From the human T2T-CHM13v2.0 reference genome, Homo sapiens: 64,000 nucleotides of DNA. The stretch lies in NCBI RefSeq assembly GCF_009914755.1, contig NC_060940.1. One strand, given 5' to 3'. This document shows positions 26,421 through 39,069 of the stretch, one piece after another. Below the pieces are notes generated by a model. The model ran no database searches. It worked only from the letters and a program-made list of their open reading frames with translations, and had not been told where the DNA came from. The translations under genes were made by a program, and so were the position numbers. Position 1 is the stretch's first letter, and each line of letters begins with the position of its first letter.

Positions 26421-27187
26421 ACTTTTGATTCTAACGTCAGGTTTATCGGGAAGTGACTGTGGGTCGGAGATGGACACATAAAGCTGTCAGGGGGCTAAAC
26501 AGTTCATAGCTCAAGGGAAAAGGGGGTTTAGACTGTGGTGAACAGAGAAAAACACATACTGCTGCAAAACAGCAAACCAAGACAACACAACAGTTAAACA
26601 ATGTGCCCTTGGAACAAAGTCAGTGTTTGTTTCTACTTGGTACTCTCTGCTTCAAAAGATCCCTGCAGGCCTCCAAAAGTGGAGGGAGATGGAGAGGCAA
26701 GTGGAATGAAATTAGAGTTAGAACCCACTAAAATGTGCACTACCAGGACCCCATCAACTCAAACTGAACTGGATGCTCTATGATCCTGCTCAGTGCAGGC
26801 AATCTGGTTTTGACATACGCTCAGGAGGTATTTCGATAATGTGGAGGCCACCCACAGGGAGGGGTTACTCAAACTGAATTCTGAAAAGAATTAAGCTCAG
26901 CAGAGTGGCTTTGGAGGAGGTAAACTGGACCTGTCTGTATCCTAAACTCATAGACATCCGCAGACACCCCCTCACCCTTTCCCTCTTCAACCTGAGTAGC
27001 TCCTCTTTGGCTTATGATACAAGAGATGAATGAAGGTGCCCTTTCTGCTTTAAAAGTGTGAAGCCCAAAGGATGAGAATAATTAGCTAATTTAATCACTT
27101 AGTATATAGTAAACTACATATGGGAAACAAATGAAGTCATTCTGGCTCTTGGGTGGCTGCTGCCATTGTCCTCTTTGCTGAAGACAC

Positions 27188-27368
27188 TAGCTCTATCACT
27201 TGATGACTGCCCTTAAGCTGTCTAACCCATTTAAGCCTCAGTCACTTCTACAGAATGGGTGTAATAATGGTACCTGTCTCCTAGGATGCTTGAAAGAATT
27301 AACTGAGTAAATACATAAATTGCTTTAAAACAAAGCCTAGCACCCAGTAAGCACCCCATCAGTATCAC
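27188..27368 (+). mobile_element. MIR (MIRb-like)
   Basis: taagcctcagt...aatgggtgtaataatggtacct...aaagcctagcacccagtaagcac. Confidence 0.75.
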
Positions 27369-27950
27369 GTTTTCCCTGTCACCAAAGGCATCTGCTGCAT
27401 AAAGGAAACCTGTGATTGTTAAAAGATGAGGAAGAATCAGCATTAGTATTCTGCTTTTGTTTTTGAACTAAAATTTTTAAGTTCAGTGATGAAATAGCTT
27501 TGACAGATGAATAGACTCTGGCAATAAAAGGATATGCTAAATTCCAAACCTTGCTTTTGCATTTCAAGACCTCCTAAGCCAGGATGATTCAGAGTATGGG
27601 ATTTCACCGTAAGTGATACTATAGGATGGGCAGGTTGTAGATGGTTCTATCATCCAGAAAGAGAAAGCAAAGTTTCCTGTTGAAAAGGAAGTTAGGGAAT
27701 ACAAGGAGAGTGGTAATGGCCTATCTGGGTTCAGTGCCTGGAGCGCTGGACCTAGAGAGAGGACCCAGTGCACGCCATACCCATGAGAGTTTAGTTTGTT
27801 GTTCACATTCATCTTTGAGTGTAAGAACCCTCCCAATGAGGGCACCACCTTCATATCGTTTTCTGGATGGCATGAAAGCCATATAAAGCACAGGGGGAAG
27901 ATGGTCTCTTAGGAAAGGCTTTTGAAATAATGCGCTGAGTACAGGCCCCC

Positions 27951-28281
27951 CGATAGGGTGCGTTTGGCTGTGTGTCCCCACCCAAATATCACGTCAAATC
28001 ATAATCCCCGCATGTCAGGGGAGGGGACTCGTGGGAGGTGATTGGATCATGGGGGGTAGATTTCCCCCTTGCTGTTCTCGTGATAGTTCTCAAAAGATCT
28101 AGTTTAAACGTGGTAGTTTCCCCCTTCACTGTCTCTTGCCTGCCACCATGTATGTGTCTTGCTTCTCCTTCGCCTTCTGCCATGATTGTAAGCCGCCTGA
28201 GTCCTCCCCAGCTGTGTTGAGTCAATTAAACCTCCTTTCTTTATAAATTACCCAGTCTCAGGCAGAAAACAGACTAATAAA
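27951..28281 (+). mobile_element. THE1 (C/D-like) MaLR solo LTR
   Basis: tttggctgtgtgtccccacccaaat...gtcaattaaacctc...aaattacccagtctcaggca; 5-bp TSD CCCCC on both sides. Confidence 0.92.
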
Positions 28282-28545
28282 CCCCCACAGATGGCATTGT
28301 CAATTATAATACCTGGAGTTTCCATGTGTTTTGAGCAGGAGAATACCCAGCTGTACGCACAGCTCATGACCTGCGGAGGCCTCAGAAGGACAGGGGACTG
28401 CAGAGTGGGGAACTTCGCACTGGAGGCAAATGAGTAGAAACAGAAGTAGAAGTGAGTGCCAGACTGTTAATAGGAAGCATGATCAGCCACTCTAAGGCTG
28501 ACCCCATAGTAGAGTACCCCCAAAATTTCACCAGATCATTGACAT

Positions 28546-28683
28546 TATTTATACAGACAAGTTCTGGCTCTGTCGCTCAGGGTGAATGAAGTATAGTGGT
28601 GTGATTGTAGCTCAGTGCAGCCTTGAACTGTGCTCAAGGGTTCTTCACACTTCAGCCTCCCAAAGCTCTGGGATAACAGGCCA
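28546..28683 (-). mobile_element. FLAM / AluJ monomer
   Basis: ctctgtcgctcagg...tagctcagtgcagccttgaac...cagcctcccaaagctctgggataacagg. Confidence 0.8.
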
Positions 28684-29092
28684 GATCACTCACTTTAGAG
28701 AGGAGACTAGAGGGACCAGTGAATGACTTCACACACATCATTAAGATTTGCCAGTCTGTCTTCATCCAGCAGCCTTCTTGAGAGGAAGGGGAAAGAAAAA
28801 CAGAGTATAGAGACACAGCCAGGAAAGGAGGGTTTAAAGTTTGACGGCGCTTTCTCCCAAAGAACCAGAGTTAAAACAGGAGAGAGAACTTTGACCTGGA
28901 AGAAACGGTTGCCTTGAAATGGTTCATATTTAGTCATGTTGTGGGCTCCCAACAACTCATGGCATGGAGAATACTATTGGTCTCCAGAGCAAGTTGTAGA
29001 AAACATTTTTCAAAACATTTTTAAAAACTGCTTTTGTTGACCATTTCAGTTAAAGCAGGATTGAAATCTGAACCCTCTATAAAACATGCACA

Positions 29093-29209
29093 CAGGCGGC
29101 TGAGGCAGGAGAATGGTTGGAACCCAGCAGGCAGAGGTTGCGGTAAGCCGAGATCGCGCCACTGCACTCCAGCCTGGGTGACAGAGGGGGGAGACCCTGT
29201 CTCAAAAAA
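29093..29209 (+). mobile_element. Alu right-arm fragment (5'-truncated)
   Basis: ggctgaggcaggagaatgg...gccgagatcgcgccactgcactccagcctgggtgacagag. Confidence 0.92.
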
Positions 29210-29581
29210 CAGGTGGGGCAGGATGGGGGAGGGGGGGGACAACGAACAACTCGCAGTTTTGCATTGTTTAGCTCTTACTTAATGGAGTCACCACCATCTG
29301 CCTTCCCTTGCAGGTCCCTCTGTCTGTGGAGTCCCTGCGTGTACAGCTCACTTTTCAATTGGAAGTTTCTACAAACCTAACACTCAAAGTCCCTCATAAA
29401 GCCAAATTATCCTTGAAAGACAATTCTGGTTTTCTCATTTTGCCTCCTACAGGGTGACTAATAGTAAAACCTGATGGTGAGTCAGGAGCCATTCCTTTCA
29501 TTTTCTCTGAGTCATTAGTCATTTATGACAAACGTATTGCTCCCCTTGAATTAACTTCTCCTTGAGGGCTAGGGTTGAGTG

Positions 29582-29736
29582 TCATAGAACATTTAAAATT
29601 AGAAAGAACCTTAGGGAGCTTCTAGTCTAATCTTACACATAAACTAAGGCCTGGGGAAACTATTGACTTGAGAGAGGTCAGATTGTAAATAGCACAGCAG
29701 AGCCTCAAAGTTCTCCTGGTTGTAGCCCAGAGCCCT
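29582..29736 (-). mobile_element. MIR3/MIRc fragment
   Basis: tcatagaacatttaaaattagaaagaaccttagggagcttctagtctaa. Confidence 0.6.
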
Positions 29737-30670
29737 AAGATACACACTTTAAGGCACATCATTGGAAGTGGCCTAAAAATGCACAAGCTTTCAAAACCAC
29801 ACATTGGGTCGAGAATTCCGTTTATAAACATCCATTATGGAGTCATTACCTGAGAATATCATGCACAGGTCAACTTCTACAGGAAAAAGAACATTTTGAC
29901 CAGAGTCAGTCACATCTTCTGCGTGCTTGCTTTCCTGAGGGAACAACCACTAGCTATCAAGAAATTGAGTAAAGAGTTTACTAAGTTTGGGGCCCTGATG
30001 AAAATGAAACCATCTGGTTTAGGTTTTGTTCTGAACAGGGAAAGAGATTAGATTCATAGGTTCACAAAAGCAAACTTCATTGCAGAAGGAAAAATACTTC
30101 CACTTGAGAATTTCTAGCTTTACAGAAGTTCGGTGAAAGTAGATGCTATTGATGTAAGAGGCTAATGTCTGTCACAGTCTAGGTATTTTGCAATGACTTT
30201 CTTCACAGCATGTTCATTTTAAGATTAAGGAGGTCTTTACGGTTCATGGAAGTTTAATGAGAATTACAATAGCCCCCCAGATACCTAAACACAGAGGTTA
30301 GGGTTATTTAAATGACTGTTTTATCATGAGAGGGAACTTGCCCATTTCGGGTATTAACATTCTTTGAAAAACTTGAGTTTCCACAGGCTTTTTCAATTCT
30401 CTCCTACATACTGTAATTTATAAATCGCAGAGTATATGTTGCTATGGAAATGGCCTCCGGTCTGTTACTGAGACACATAAAAGATAATCCTTGGGCTCTG
30501 TTTTATGTATCTATACATACATACACATATATTCCACATGTAAATAAGATTATGTGATATTTTTCTGTTGGTGTCTGGCTTATTTCACTTGGCATAATGT
30601 CCTCCAAGTCTATTCATGTTGCAACAGATGGCAGGGTTTCCTCCGTTTTTAAGGCTGAATAATATTCCAT

Positions 30671-30689
30671 TATATATATATATATATAT
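30671..30689. repeat. (TA)n microsatellite
   Basis: Directly visible. Confidence 0.9.
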
Positions 30690-31127
30690 CACAATTTTAT
30701 TCATTTGTCAGTTGATGGACATTTAGGTTGTTTCTGTGTCTTGGCTGTTGTGAATAGTGCTGTAATGAACGTGAGTGCAGGTATCTTTGAGGGTGTGACT
30801 TTTATCTCCTTTGGGTATTCAGGAGATGGATTGTTGGGTTACATGGCAGTTACATTTTTAAATTTCTTTAGGTATCTCAATACCGTTTTCCATTATGGTT
30901 GTACCAACCTAAATTTCCACCAACAGTATGTAACTTTTCTCCACATCCTTGCCAATACCTATTTTCTTTTTGATAACAGCCATCTTTAAGAGTGTGAAGT
31001 AATATCTCATAGTGGTTTTAATTTGCACTTCACTTAGGATTAATAATGTTGAGCACATCTTCGTATTTGTTGGCCCTTTTAACATCTTTGGAGAAATGTC
31101 TGTTTGGTCCTTTGCCTGTTAGACAGC

Positions 31128-31540
31128 TTTAAAAATTTTAGATTCAAAGAGTACACATGCTTCTTCATTACATGGGTATTACTTGCATAATGGTAGGGAT
31201 TGGGTTTCTAGTGTACCCATCACACAAATACTGAATACTGTACCCATTTAGGTAAGTTTTCAACCCTCATTCAATACCTTTTAATAGTCCTTATACTGTA
31301 TTCTCTTTATACCAGTTGTTTAGCTCCCACTTGATGTGATATTTGATTCTCCTGCTTCTGGGGTTGGTTCACTTAGGATAATGACCTCCGTCTCCACCCA
31401 TGTTGCTGCAAAGGGCATGACTTTTGTACTTTTTTTTATAGCCACACAGTATTTCATGATGTATAGATACCATTTTCTTTATCCATTCAACTGTTGATGG
31501 ATACTTAAGTTGGTTCTATGACTTTGCTGTTGTAAGTAGT
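31128..31540 (-). mobile_element. L1PB-type 3' fragment nested in L1MA
   Basis: tagattcaaagagtacacatgc...ttctagtgtacccatcac...tagctcccactt; CTTTGCC is repeated on both sides. Confidence 0.8.
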
Positions 31541-32054
31541 CTTTGCCCATTTGTTGATTGGGTTCTTCTGCTATTGAATTTGTAGGAGTTCTTCATAAAT
31601 CTTGGATAAAGATATCAGATGTGACTTGCAATTATTTCCCAGTCTTTAGGTTGTCCTTTGAAAAACTAGTTGTTTGTATAAGTTGGAATTTATTTCTGGG
31701 CTTTCTATTCTGTTCCATTGGTTGATTTTTGTGCATTTTTGCTAATACCTTACGATTTTGATTACTATGAAACCTCTTAATATAATTTTAAATTGTATGG
31801 TGGATCTAACTTGTTTTGCTTTCTCAGTATTGCCTCAGATACTCGGAGATTTTTGTGGTTTCATACAAATCTTAGGATTGTTCTTTCTATTCTTGTGAAG
31901 AATCGAGTTGGAATTTTGATAGGGATTGTATTAAAGCTGTATATTGCTCTGGGGAGAATGGACATGTTTACAATATTCCCTTCCATGAACATGGAATATA
32001 CTTTCATTTACATCTTCAACTTCTTCATTAATGTCTGATAGTTCTCAAGATATA

Positions 32055-32143
32055 AATATCTAATTTGTATTGCAGATCTTTGTTCAGTAGATTTTAGCTG
32101 CTCTTGTCACACAAAAAGTAACTGAGGTGACAGGTATGTTAAA
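32055..32143 (+). mobile_element. L1MA8-like 3' end (sense)
   Basis: agtagattttagctgctcttgtcacacaaaaagtaactgaggtgacaggtatgttaa. Confidence 0.7.
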
Positions 32144-32384
32144 AGGTAAGCCTTGGAGATAAACCTTATTTTGCAAATAAATTGCTGTCCTTTTATCTCC
32201 AAACATCTCCTGTTAGACATGCTGGCTATAAAAGATAGAGTAGGTATTAAAAAGAAGGGAAATGAGGAATTTAAGTAAAAACTCATGTTTTCTGGAAAAT
32301 AAACCAAAAGGGCGTAAAGAATATATAAAAAGATAAGTGATGTTACTGCAGCTAATCTTTGTCAGCTACTTATCTCCTCTCATA

Positions 32385-32566
32385 AACTTTAACTTGGAAG
32401 CGATTCAGAATCACCGGGAGGCATTGTTAAAACTCATGCTAAGCATCATACTTGGAGCCTGTGACTTGGTAGTTCTGTGGTGGTAGGGCCCAAACATTTT
32501 CTTTCTTAACAAGTCCTAGGTGATGTTGATGCTGCTGAGCTAGGCATCAGATTTGAGAACCACTCT
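32385..32566. mobile_element. MER5A
   Basis: tcagaatcaccgggagg...ttcttaacaagtcctaggtgatgttgatgctgctg...tttgagaaccact. Confidence 0.85.
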
Positions 32567-32594
32567 TCCAGCATTATTTTAAGCATTTTCAAAA

Positions 32595-33068
32595 ATTGTA
32601 AAATACACATAAAACTTACCATTGTAACCATTTTCAAGTGTAGTTTAGTGACATCGATTAGTCACATGGTTGTGTGACTATGGCCACCATCCATCTTCAG
32701 AACTCTCATTATCCAAGCTGAAACTCTGTACCCACATATCAATAACTCTGTCCTCCCCACAACCCCTGGCAACCACAATTCTAGTTTGTCTCTATGAATT
32801 TTACTATTATAGATTCCTCATAAAGTGGAATAATATTTTACTTAGCATAATGTCCTTAAGCTTTATTCACGTGATAGCACATGTCAGAATTTTCTTTCTC
32901 CTTAAGGCTGAATAATAACTCCATTGTAGGTACATACCACATTTCATTTATTCATTGATGAACATGGGATTGTTTCTACATTTTAGCTATTGCTGCTACA
33001 AACATGGGTGTACAAATATCTGAGCCTTTAATTGTAATTCTTTGGGAATATACCTAGAAGTGAAATTG
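32595..33068 (-). mobile_element. L1MB (MB3/4-like) 3' end
   Basis: accattgtaaccattttcaagtg...ctgaaactctgtaccc...cccctggcaaccac...aaggctgaataata. Confidence 0.88.
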
Positions 33069-33072
33069 ATTC

Positions 33073-33262
33073 TAAGCATTTTACACATAGGATTACATTT
33101 CATCTTTGAGAAAAGGTATGCTATTATCCCCATTTTAAGTACGAGGAAACAGACATCCAGAATTCATCTAATTTTGCTGAGGTCACGCAGCTGATAAAAC
33201 AGACCATGGGTTCCAGTGCAGGCAGCCTGGCTCGAAGGCTCAGGCACCTGCTTAAACTGCCT
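33073..33262 (-). mobile_element. MIR
   Basis: ctattatccccattttaagtacgaggaaacagac...gaggtcacgcagctg. Confidence 0.75.
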
Positions 33263-33929
33263 TCTATACCTGAAGAAAGCAGTTCTTTTTTGTGGAAAAT
33301 TCTCATAATTGATGCAGACATTAATTTTCTACAATAAGAGTGGAAGTGATTACCTTTTAAAAATAAGGGCTAGCATGGGATTAAATAAATGTGTCTAAGA
33401 AATTAGTTAAAAGATAGAGAAATATTCCATCTAGTTTAATTTAGGTACTCAAATTTCTGTAACACTAGGCTAAACTGTATCTAAAATCTGTCATTTTAGT
33501 GGTCAAACCTATTTCCAGTTTTCCAAACAGTTCAACTCCGAGCAGTAGAAATGACAATTTCACAGTGGAGTCAGAAGTGTCCTTTGAATAATCGAGAGCA
33601 GAATTGGCCCTTTGCCGTGTACTCAATTCTCTGTGTAATTAAACCATCCATTAAGAAATGTACACAGTGGTCTTTGCATGCAGTTAAGTTAAATTGTCAT
33701 GTGGAATGGATCAGAAGCCATGACTGGAATACTGTAGGAAAAACTCCAGCACAGTACATAAGACACAGTATAACAGAACAATGTGGGTGAGAAAACCCAC
33801 ATAGGGCCCAGTTTAAGAGATTGGATATTCTTTTCCAGGAATTCTCCTTTCTCTTTGAACTGCCTCCTTGCTTCTCTGAGATTCAGAGGCTTAGTGTATG
33901 ATAGTGCACCTCAAGTATGAGAAATCATG

Positions 33930-34090
33930 GTAAAACATAACAAAATTTAACCATTTTCAAGTGTACGGTTTAGTGACATTGATTGTAGCCACATGGTTTT
34001 GTAACAATCGCCACTGTCCGTCTTGAACTTTTGTCATGATCCAAGCTGAAACTCTATACTCAAGTATCAATAACTCTGTTCTTTCCTATC
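33930..34090 (-). mobile_element. L1MB 3' end fragment (apparent local copy of 32625-32751)
   Basis: Shares taaccattttcaagtg, tttagtgacat, cacatggtt, atccaagctgaaactct and tatcaataactctgt with the upstream copy. Confidence 0.8.
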
Positions 34091-34599
34091 CATGGCATGC
34101 AGTGGTCAAAAGAGGTGAGAGTATCATCAACTTATAGGTACTTTACATATATTTTAAATGTGCGCATTTATTCTGGAGTTATAATCGGGATGGGGTGTGG
34201 CTTATGGCTATTACGTGAAGGCAAATAAGCAATTCCATTCTTCAAGCATGACCTCAGATCACACATGCACATCCATTCCTTGCCAGCATCAATGCTAGGC
34301 GAATTGTGGCAGATGGTCAGAGCATCGTTGTGTTGGCAATGGGAAAGCCAACCTTTAGGTAAGAGACGTAAGATGAAAGCGTATGAAAAGTGCATATTTC
34401 CACTCTATCTAGTTTCTCAGTCATATATAATAACTCTGAGAAATCTAGAGGAGGATTTATATCACACAATTGAAAAAATGGGCACTTTTTCCTGCATGTG
34501 GCAATCTAGTATGCATTTAAAGACCCCCTGTGTATTTGTTCCCCATCTCTAGTTTTCTATGCTGTAACCTAAATGTTGATAGTTCTTCCAGTTTCTTCC

Positions 34600-34941
34600 T
34601 GTATTTCATTATCACACTGCTGTAAAGAACTACCCAAGACTGTGTAATTTATGAAGAAGAGGTTTAATTGACTCACAGTTCCCCAGGATTAACAGGAAGC
34701 ATGACTGGGAGGGCTCAGGAAACAGAATCATGGCAGAAGGTGAAGGGGAAGCAAAAGCAGAGGCCTTCTTCACATGGTAGTGGGGAAGTGCCACGCAGGT
34801 TTAGACCATCAGATGTTGAGAACTCACTACCATGAGAAAAGCAAGGGGGAAATTCACCCTTATGATCCAGTCACCTCCTACCAAGCTCCTCCTTCAACTT
34901 GACGTGAGATTTGGGTGGGGACACAAATGCAAACGATATCA
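34600..34941 (-). mobile_element. MSTA/THE1D-type MaLR solo LTR
   Basis: aaagaactacccaagactgtgtaatttatgaag...gaggtttaattgactcacagttc...gagatttgggtggggacaca; TSD CTTCC/CTCCC. Confidence 0.9.
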
Positions 34942-35232
34942 CTCCCGGAGTTTTCTAACTTTCCATCTTATTTGTGGTCCTCTGGATGAACTGCCATTTT
35001 TGGGAAGCTCTGCCTAAACTTTCTTCGCTAAATTACCATAAACACAACTTTACTAGTTTTTTTAGGATAGCTATTTTATGAATTGGGAAACTTAAATGAC
35101 TGTTGTACCTGATAATTTATCACATCTCCTATGCTTTCAGTTTCACTTAAATATTTTTATCTTTACATTTCAAAGGTTAGTGATAATTGATGCAAAGGGG
35201 AAAAGCAAGTTAAGCATATATCATTTCTTGTC

Positions 35233-36426
35233 TTTATTTTTTTTTTAAGTTTTAGGGTACAAGGGCACAATGTGCAGGTTACATATATATACATATGCCA
35301 TGGTGGTGTGCTGCACCCATTAACTTGTCATTTAACATTAGGCATATCTCCTAATGCTATCCCTCCCCCCTCCCCTGACCCCACAACAGGCCCCAGTGTG
35401 TGATGTTCCCCTACCTGTGTCCATGTGTTCTCATTGTTCAATTCCCACCTATGAGTGAGAACATGTGGTGTTTGGTTTTTTTGTCCTTGTGATAGTTGGC
35501 TGAGAACGATGGTTTCCAGCTTCATCTGTGTCCCTACAAAGCACGTGAACTCATCCTTTTTTATGGGTGCATAGTATTCCATAGTGTATATGTGCCACAT
35601 TTTCTTAATCCAGTCTATCATTGTTGGACATTTGGGTTGGTTCTAAGTCTTTGCTATTGTGAATAGTGCCACGATAAACACGTGTGCGTGTGTCTTTATA
35701 TAGCAGCATGACTTACAACCCTTTGGGTATATACCCAGTAATGGGATGGCTGGGTCAAATGGTATTTCTAGTTCAAGATCCCTGAGGAATTGCCACACTG
35801 ACTTCCACAATGGTTAAACCAGTTTACAGTCCCACCAACAGTGTAAGTGTTCCTGTTTCTCCACATCCTCTCCAGAACCTGTTGTTTGCTGACTTTTTAA
35901 TGATCACCATTCTAACTGGTGTGAGATGGTATCTCATTGTGGTTTTGATTTGCATTTCTCTGGCCAGTGATGAGCATTTTTTCATGGGTCTGTTGGCTGC
36001 ATAAATATTGTCTTTTGAATTGTCTGTTCATATCCTTTGCCCACTTTTTTATGGGGTTGTTTGTTTTTTTCTTGTAAATTTGTTGGAGTTCATTGTAGAT
36101 TCTGGATATTTAGCCCTTTGTCAGATGTGTAGATTCCAAAAATTTTCTCCCATTCTGTAGGTTGCCTGTTCACTCTGATGGTAGTTTTTTTTGCTGTGTA
36201 GAAGCTCTTTAGTTTAATTAGATCCTGTTTGTCAATTCTGGCTTTTGTTGCCATTGCTTTTGGTGTTTTAGACATGAAGTCCTCGCCCATGCCTATGTCC
36301 TGAATAGTATTGTCTAGGTTTTCTTCTAGGGTTTTTATGGTTTTAGGTCTAACATTTAAGTCTTTAATATATCTTGAATTAAGTTGAGTATAAGGTGTAA
36401 GGAAGGGATCCCGTTTCAGCTTTCTA
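35233..36426 (-). mobile_element. L1PA (about PA4-PA6), 5'-truncated: ORF2 C-terminus plus 3' UTR
   Basis: ORFs 35328-35621 (WIKKMWHIYTMEYY) and 36090-36290 ([14 protein letters not shown]...DLIKLKSF...[13 protein letters not shown]) are L1 ORF2p segments, frameshifted. Confidence 0.97.
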
Positions 36427-36863
36427 TTTTTAACACATTGCCTCCACCCTGACTCAAGTGTGTTTTTTGTCGTATGAAACTTTTAGAACATCTTTTCTTG
36501 TTTAGATAAAAGGGATAAGCCTAGATACGTTCTAGTGGGAGCCTCTGTGATATTGTTTCTGTAGGATGAAGCATCTTTTATCAACACTTTATCTTGCTTT
36601 CCATATCTAGAGCATATTTTAATCTGAGCTCAAATGGCTCTCTGTTCAGAAACATTGATTTCACTAAATGACTCCTTACAGTTTGCAAAATTCTAAGTAC
36701 TTTGAGCTCATTTAATGTAAGATCCAAGTAACACTTATAAAGCTATGTTCTGTAGCAATGTCTTTCTCTGCTAGGGAGTCTTAATTATTTCTTGGAGATA
36801 AACTTCAAAGTATTTGGCTCTTAGAAGTCAAGACTATGCCTAAATATTCATAGTATTCTTTCC

Positions 36864-37060
36864 CATCAGTTGGATTCTTAGTTGCATAAAGAGATACACA
36901 CTGGCTCATGTAAGTAAAATAAGGCATTTTTGAAGAAAAATTTGAGTACCTCACAGGATCTCTGGGGTCTGAAGAACGCATCTTGGTGGCTATCCAGGAA
37001 CAACATCCCAAATCTTACAACGGAGCTTCTTGTATACTTGTTCAAAAATCTGATTGACCC
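36864..37060 (-). mobile_element. Old MLT1-type LTR fragment
   Basis: ggattcttagttgca...ctggctcatgtaagtaaaataagg...ctcacagga resembles the antisense MLT1 3' end. Confidence 0.5.
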
Positions 37061-37117
37061 CACTTCTTTTTCTAACCACTCCTTCATATGTCAGTTCCAT
37101 GAAGAGTTTGATAGCTT

Positions 37118-37538
37118 TCTGCAGGTGCTATCGGGATGCCTTGCCTTGAACTTGCTTGCACAATCTACCACCTGAGAAGAAGCTTCCCTGAAACTGCAAA
37201 TTGAAATACCTTCAAGAATCCAAGTGGGGTGGAGGGAAGCTAATGCCCATGAGACCACCCTTGAGCAATAATCGGAGGATGAATCTGTCTTCCTCCCTGT
37301 CATTCCCTAGGTACACACCTGTGACATTTCGCTAAAATTTTCAGACAGTCCTGGTAGGATGTATCCTTGTAGTCCATCATGGTGGCTAAGTCAGTAGCAC
37401 ATCCCTGTAGTAACTCTTTCCTGACTTTAATTTCTGCCGTATCGCTCTGCTCTCTGGGATAATGTCCCCACAAAAACTATTGGCTCACTAGTCTTTTTTT
37501 TTCAAAGGCCTTTCTTTTGGAGGAACTGACAGTAAGAT
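37118..37538 (+). mobile_element. LTR16-like ERVL LTR
   Basis: aagctaatgcccatgagaccacccttgagcaat...ctctgggataatgtccc...ttttggaggaactgacagtaagata. Confidence 0.65.
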
Positions 37539-38164
37539 AGCTTGATTTACTATTTTCTCATTTACCTCCTCTGTTTATAACATAGTACATTATTTTCTTA
37601 CTTTTTAGATGTTACTTTAGAGATAGCAGCATGGATTCTGGATTAAAAGTCTAATTTAAATTAGTACTTTTGCCCCGTCTTAGTCAATGTGAGGGCCTTA
37701 ACGAACTTTTCTCCCTAACTCATGGACAGTTGGTGTTAAATAAATTATATGACTTTTAAATTTCACAAGACATTGTCGTGTCTATACAATCAGTAATCAC
37801 TTGCTTTTACTCAGAGTTATCTGTTTAGTTGCACTTACTGCTCTTTTCTTAGTGTTTTCCTTCTGAGAGCACTTTTTACTAATCCTTTTAGTGAAGGTTT
37901 GTGGTGACATATGCTTTCAAATTTAATTTCAAAATGTCTTGCTTCCATTTTCTGAAGAATCTTTCACCAGATATGGAATTCTATATTGAATGTTTATATT
38001 GACTTATTTTCTTTTAGTACCTTTGAGAAATGAGAAATAGTTGTATTTTGGCATTCATTGCTTTGTTTTGAAAATCCAGCCATTCTTACTGTTAGGAAGT
38101 TAATACATATTCTTGTTTCTGGCTAATTTTAAAGATTTATTTTTTTTTTTAGCAGTGTTAAGGT

Positions 38165-38165
<1 letters not shown>

Positions 38166-38209
<44 letters not shown>
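38166..38209. repeat. (GT)22 microsatellite
   Basis: Directly visible. Confidence 0.97.
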
Positions 38210-38210
<1 letters not shown>

Positions 38211-38572
38211 GGTAAGTATCCTGTTTCATGTTTATAGCCCTTAAGTTTGTGGTTTAATGTATTTAATTTTGGAAAATTCTCTGCCATTAGATTTTCAAAC
38301 ATGACTTCTACCCCTTATCTTTGTCCTCTTGTCTGGGACTGCGGCTACACTATGTCAGAATTTTACCCATGTTCACTATCTTTTAAATTACTCATACCAC
38401 ATATTTTCTAAACTCTTCCTTATTCTTGGTATTCTTGCCTACCCATCTAAACTCTCACAAACTGTCTAAACTGCCGCTATATGCATTCATTTGGCAATTA
38501 TTTTCATTGTATATGGTTTTATTTCTAGAACTTTGGTTTTACACTTTATTAAAGCTTCTAGTTCTCTGCCAG

Positions 38573-38743
38573 TTTTTTTTCTTTTCTGAGATAGAATCCC
38601 GCTCTGTCACCCAGGCTGGAGTGCAGTGGCGTGATCTCCGCTCATTGCAAGCTCCGCCGTATTAGCCAGAATGGTCTCGATCTCTTGACCTTGTGATCCT
38701 CCCAAAGTCCAGAGATTACAGGCGTGAGCCGTCGCACCCAGTC
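38573..38743 (-). mobile_element. AluY-type element with a large internal deletion
   Basis: gcaagctccgcc (AluY diagnostic) joined directly to gtattagccagaatggtctcgatctc. Confidence 0.9.
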
Positions 38744-38766
38744 TATCTTGTCTTTTAATAGTCTAA

Positions 38767-39069
<303 letters not shown>

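Larger units (their letters stand above)
30525..32050 (-). mobile_element. L1MA (MA8-like) inverted segment, interrupted by L1PB
   Basis: ctggcttatttcacttggcataatgtcctcc...gttgatggacatttaggttgtttc; resumes at 31541 with ORF2 sequence (ggaattttgatagggattgtattaaa). Confidence 0.85.

Noticed and set aside
28204-28216. PRDM9-motif position in the THE1 LTR
   Set aside because: Reads cctccccagctgt, which does not match CCNCCNTNNCCNC
35328-36290. ORFs matching L1 ORF2p
   Set aside because: Part of a 5'-truncated, frameshifted L1PA copy; cannot encode a functional protein
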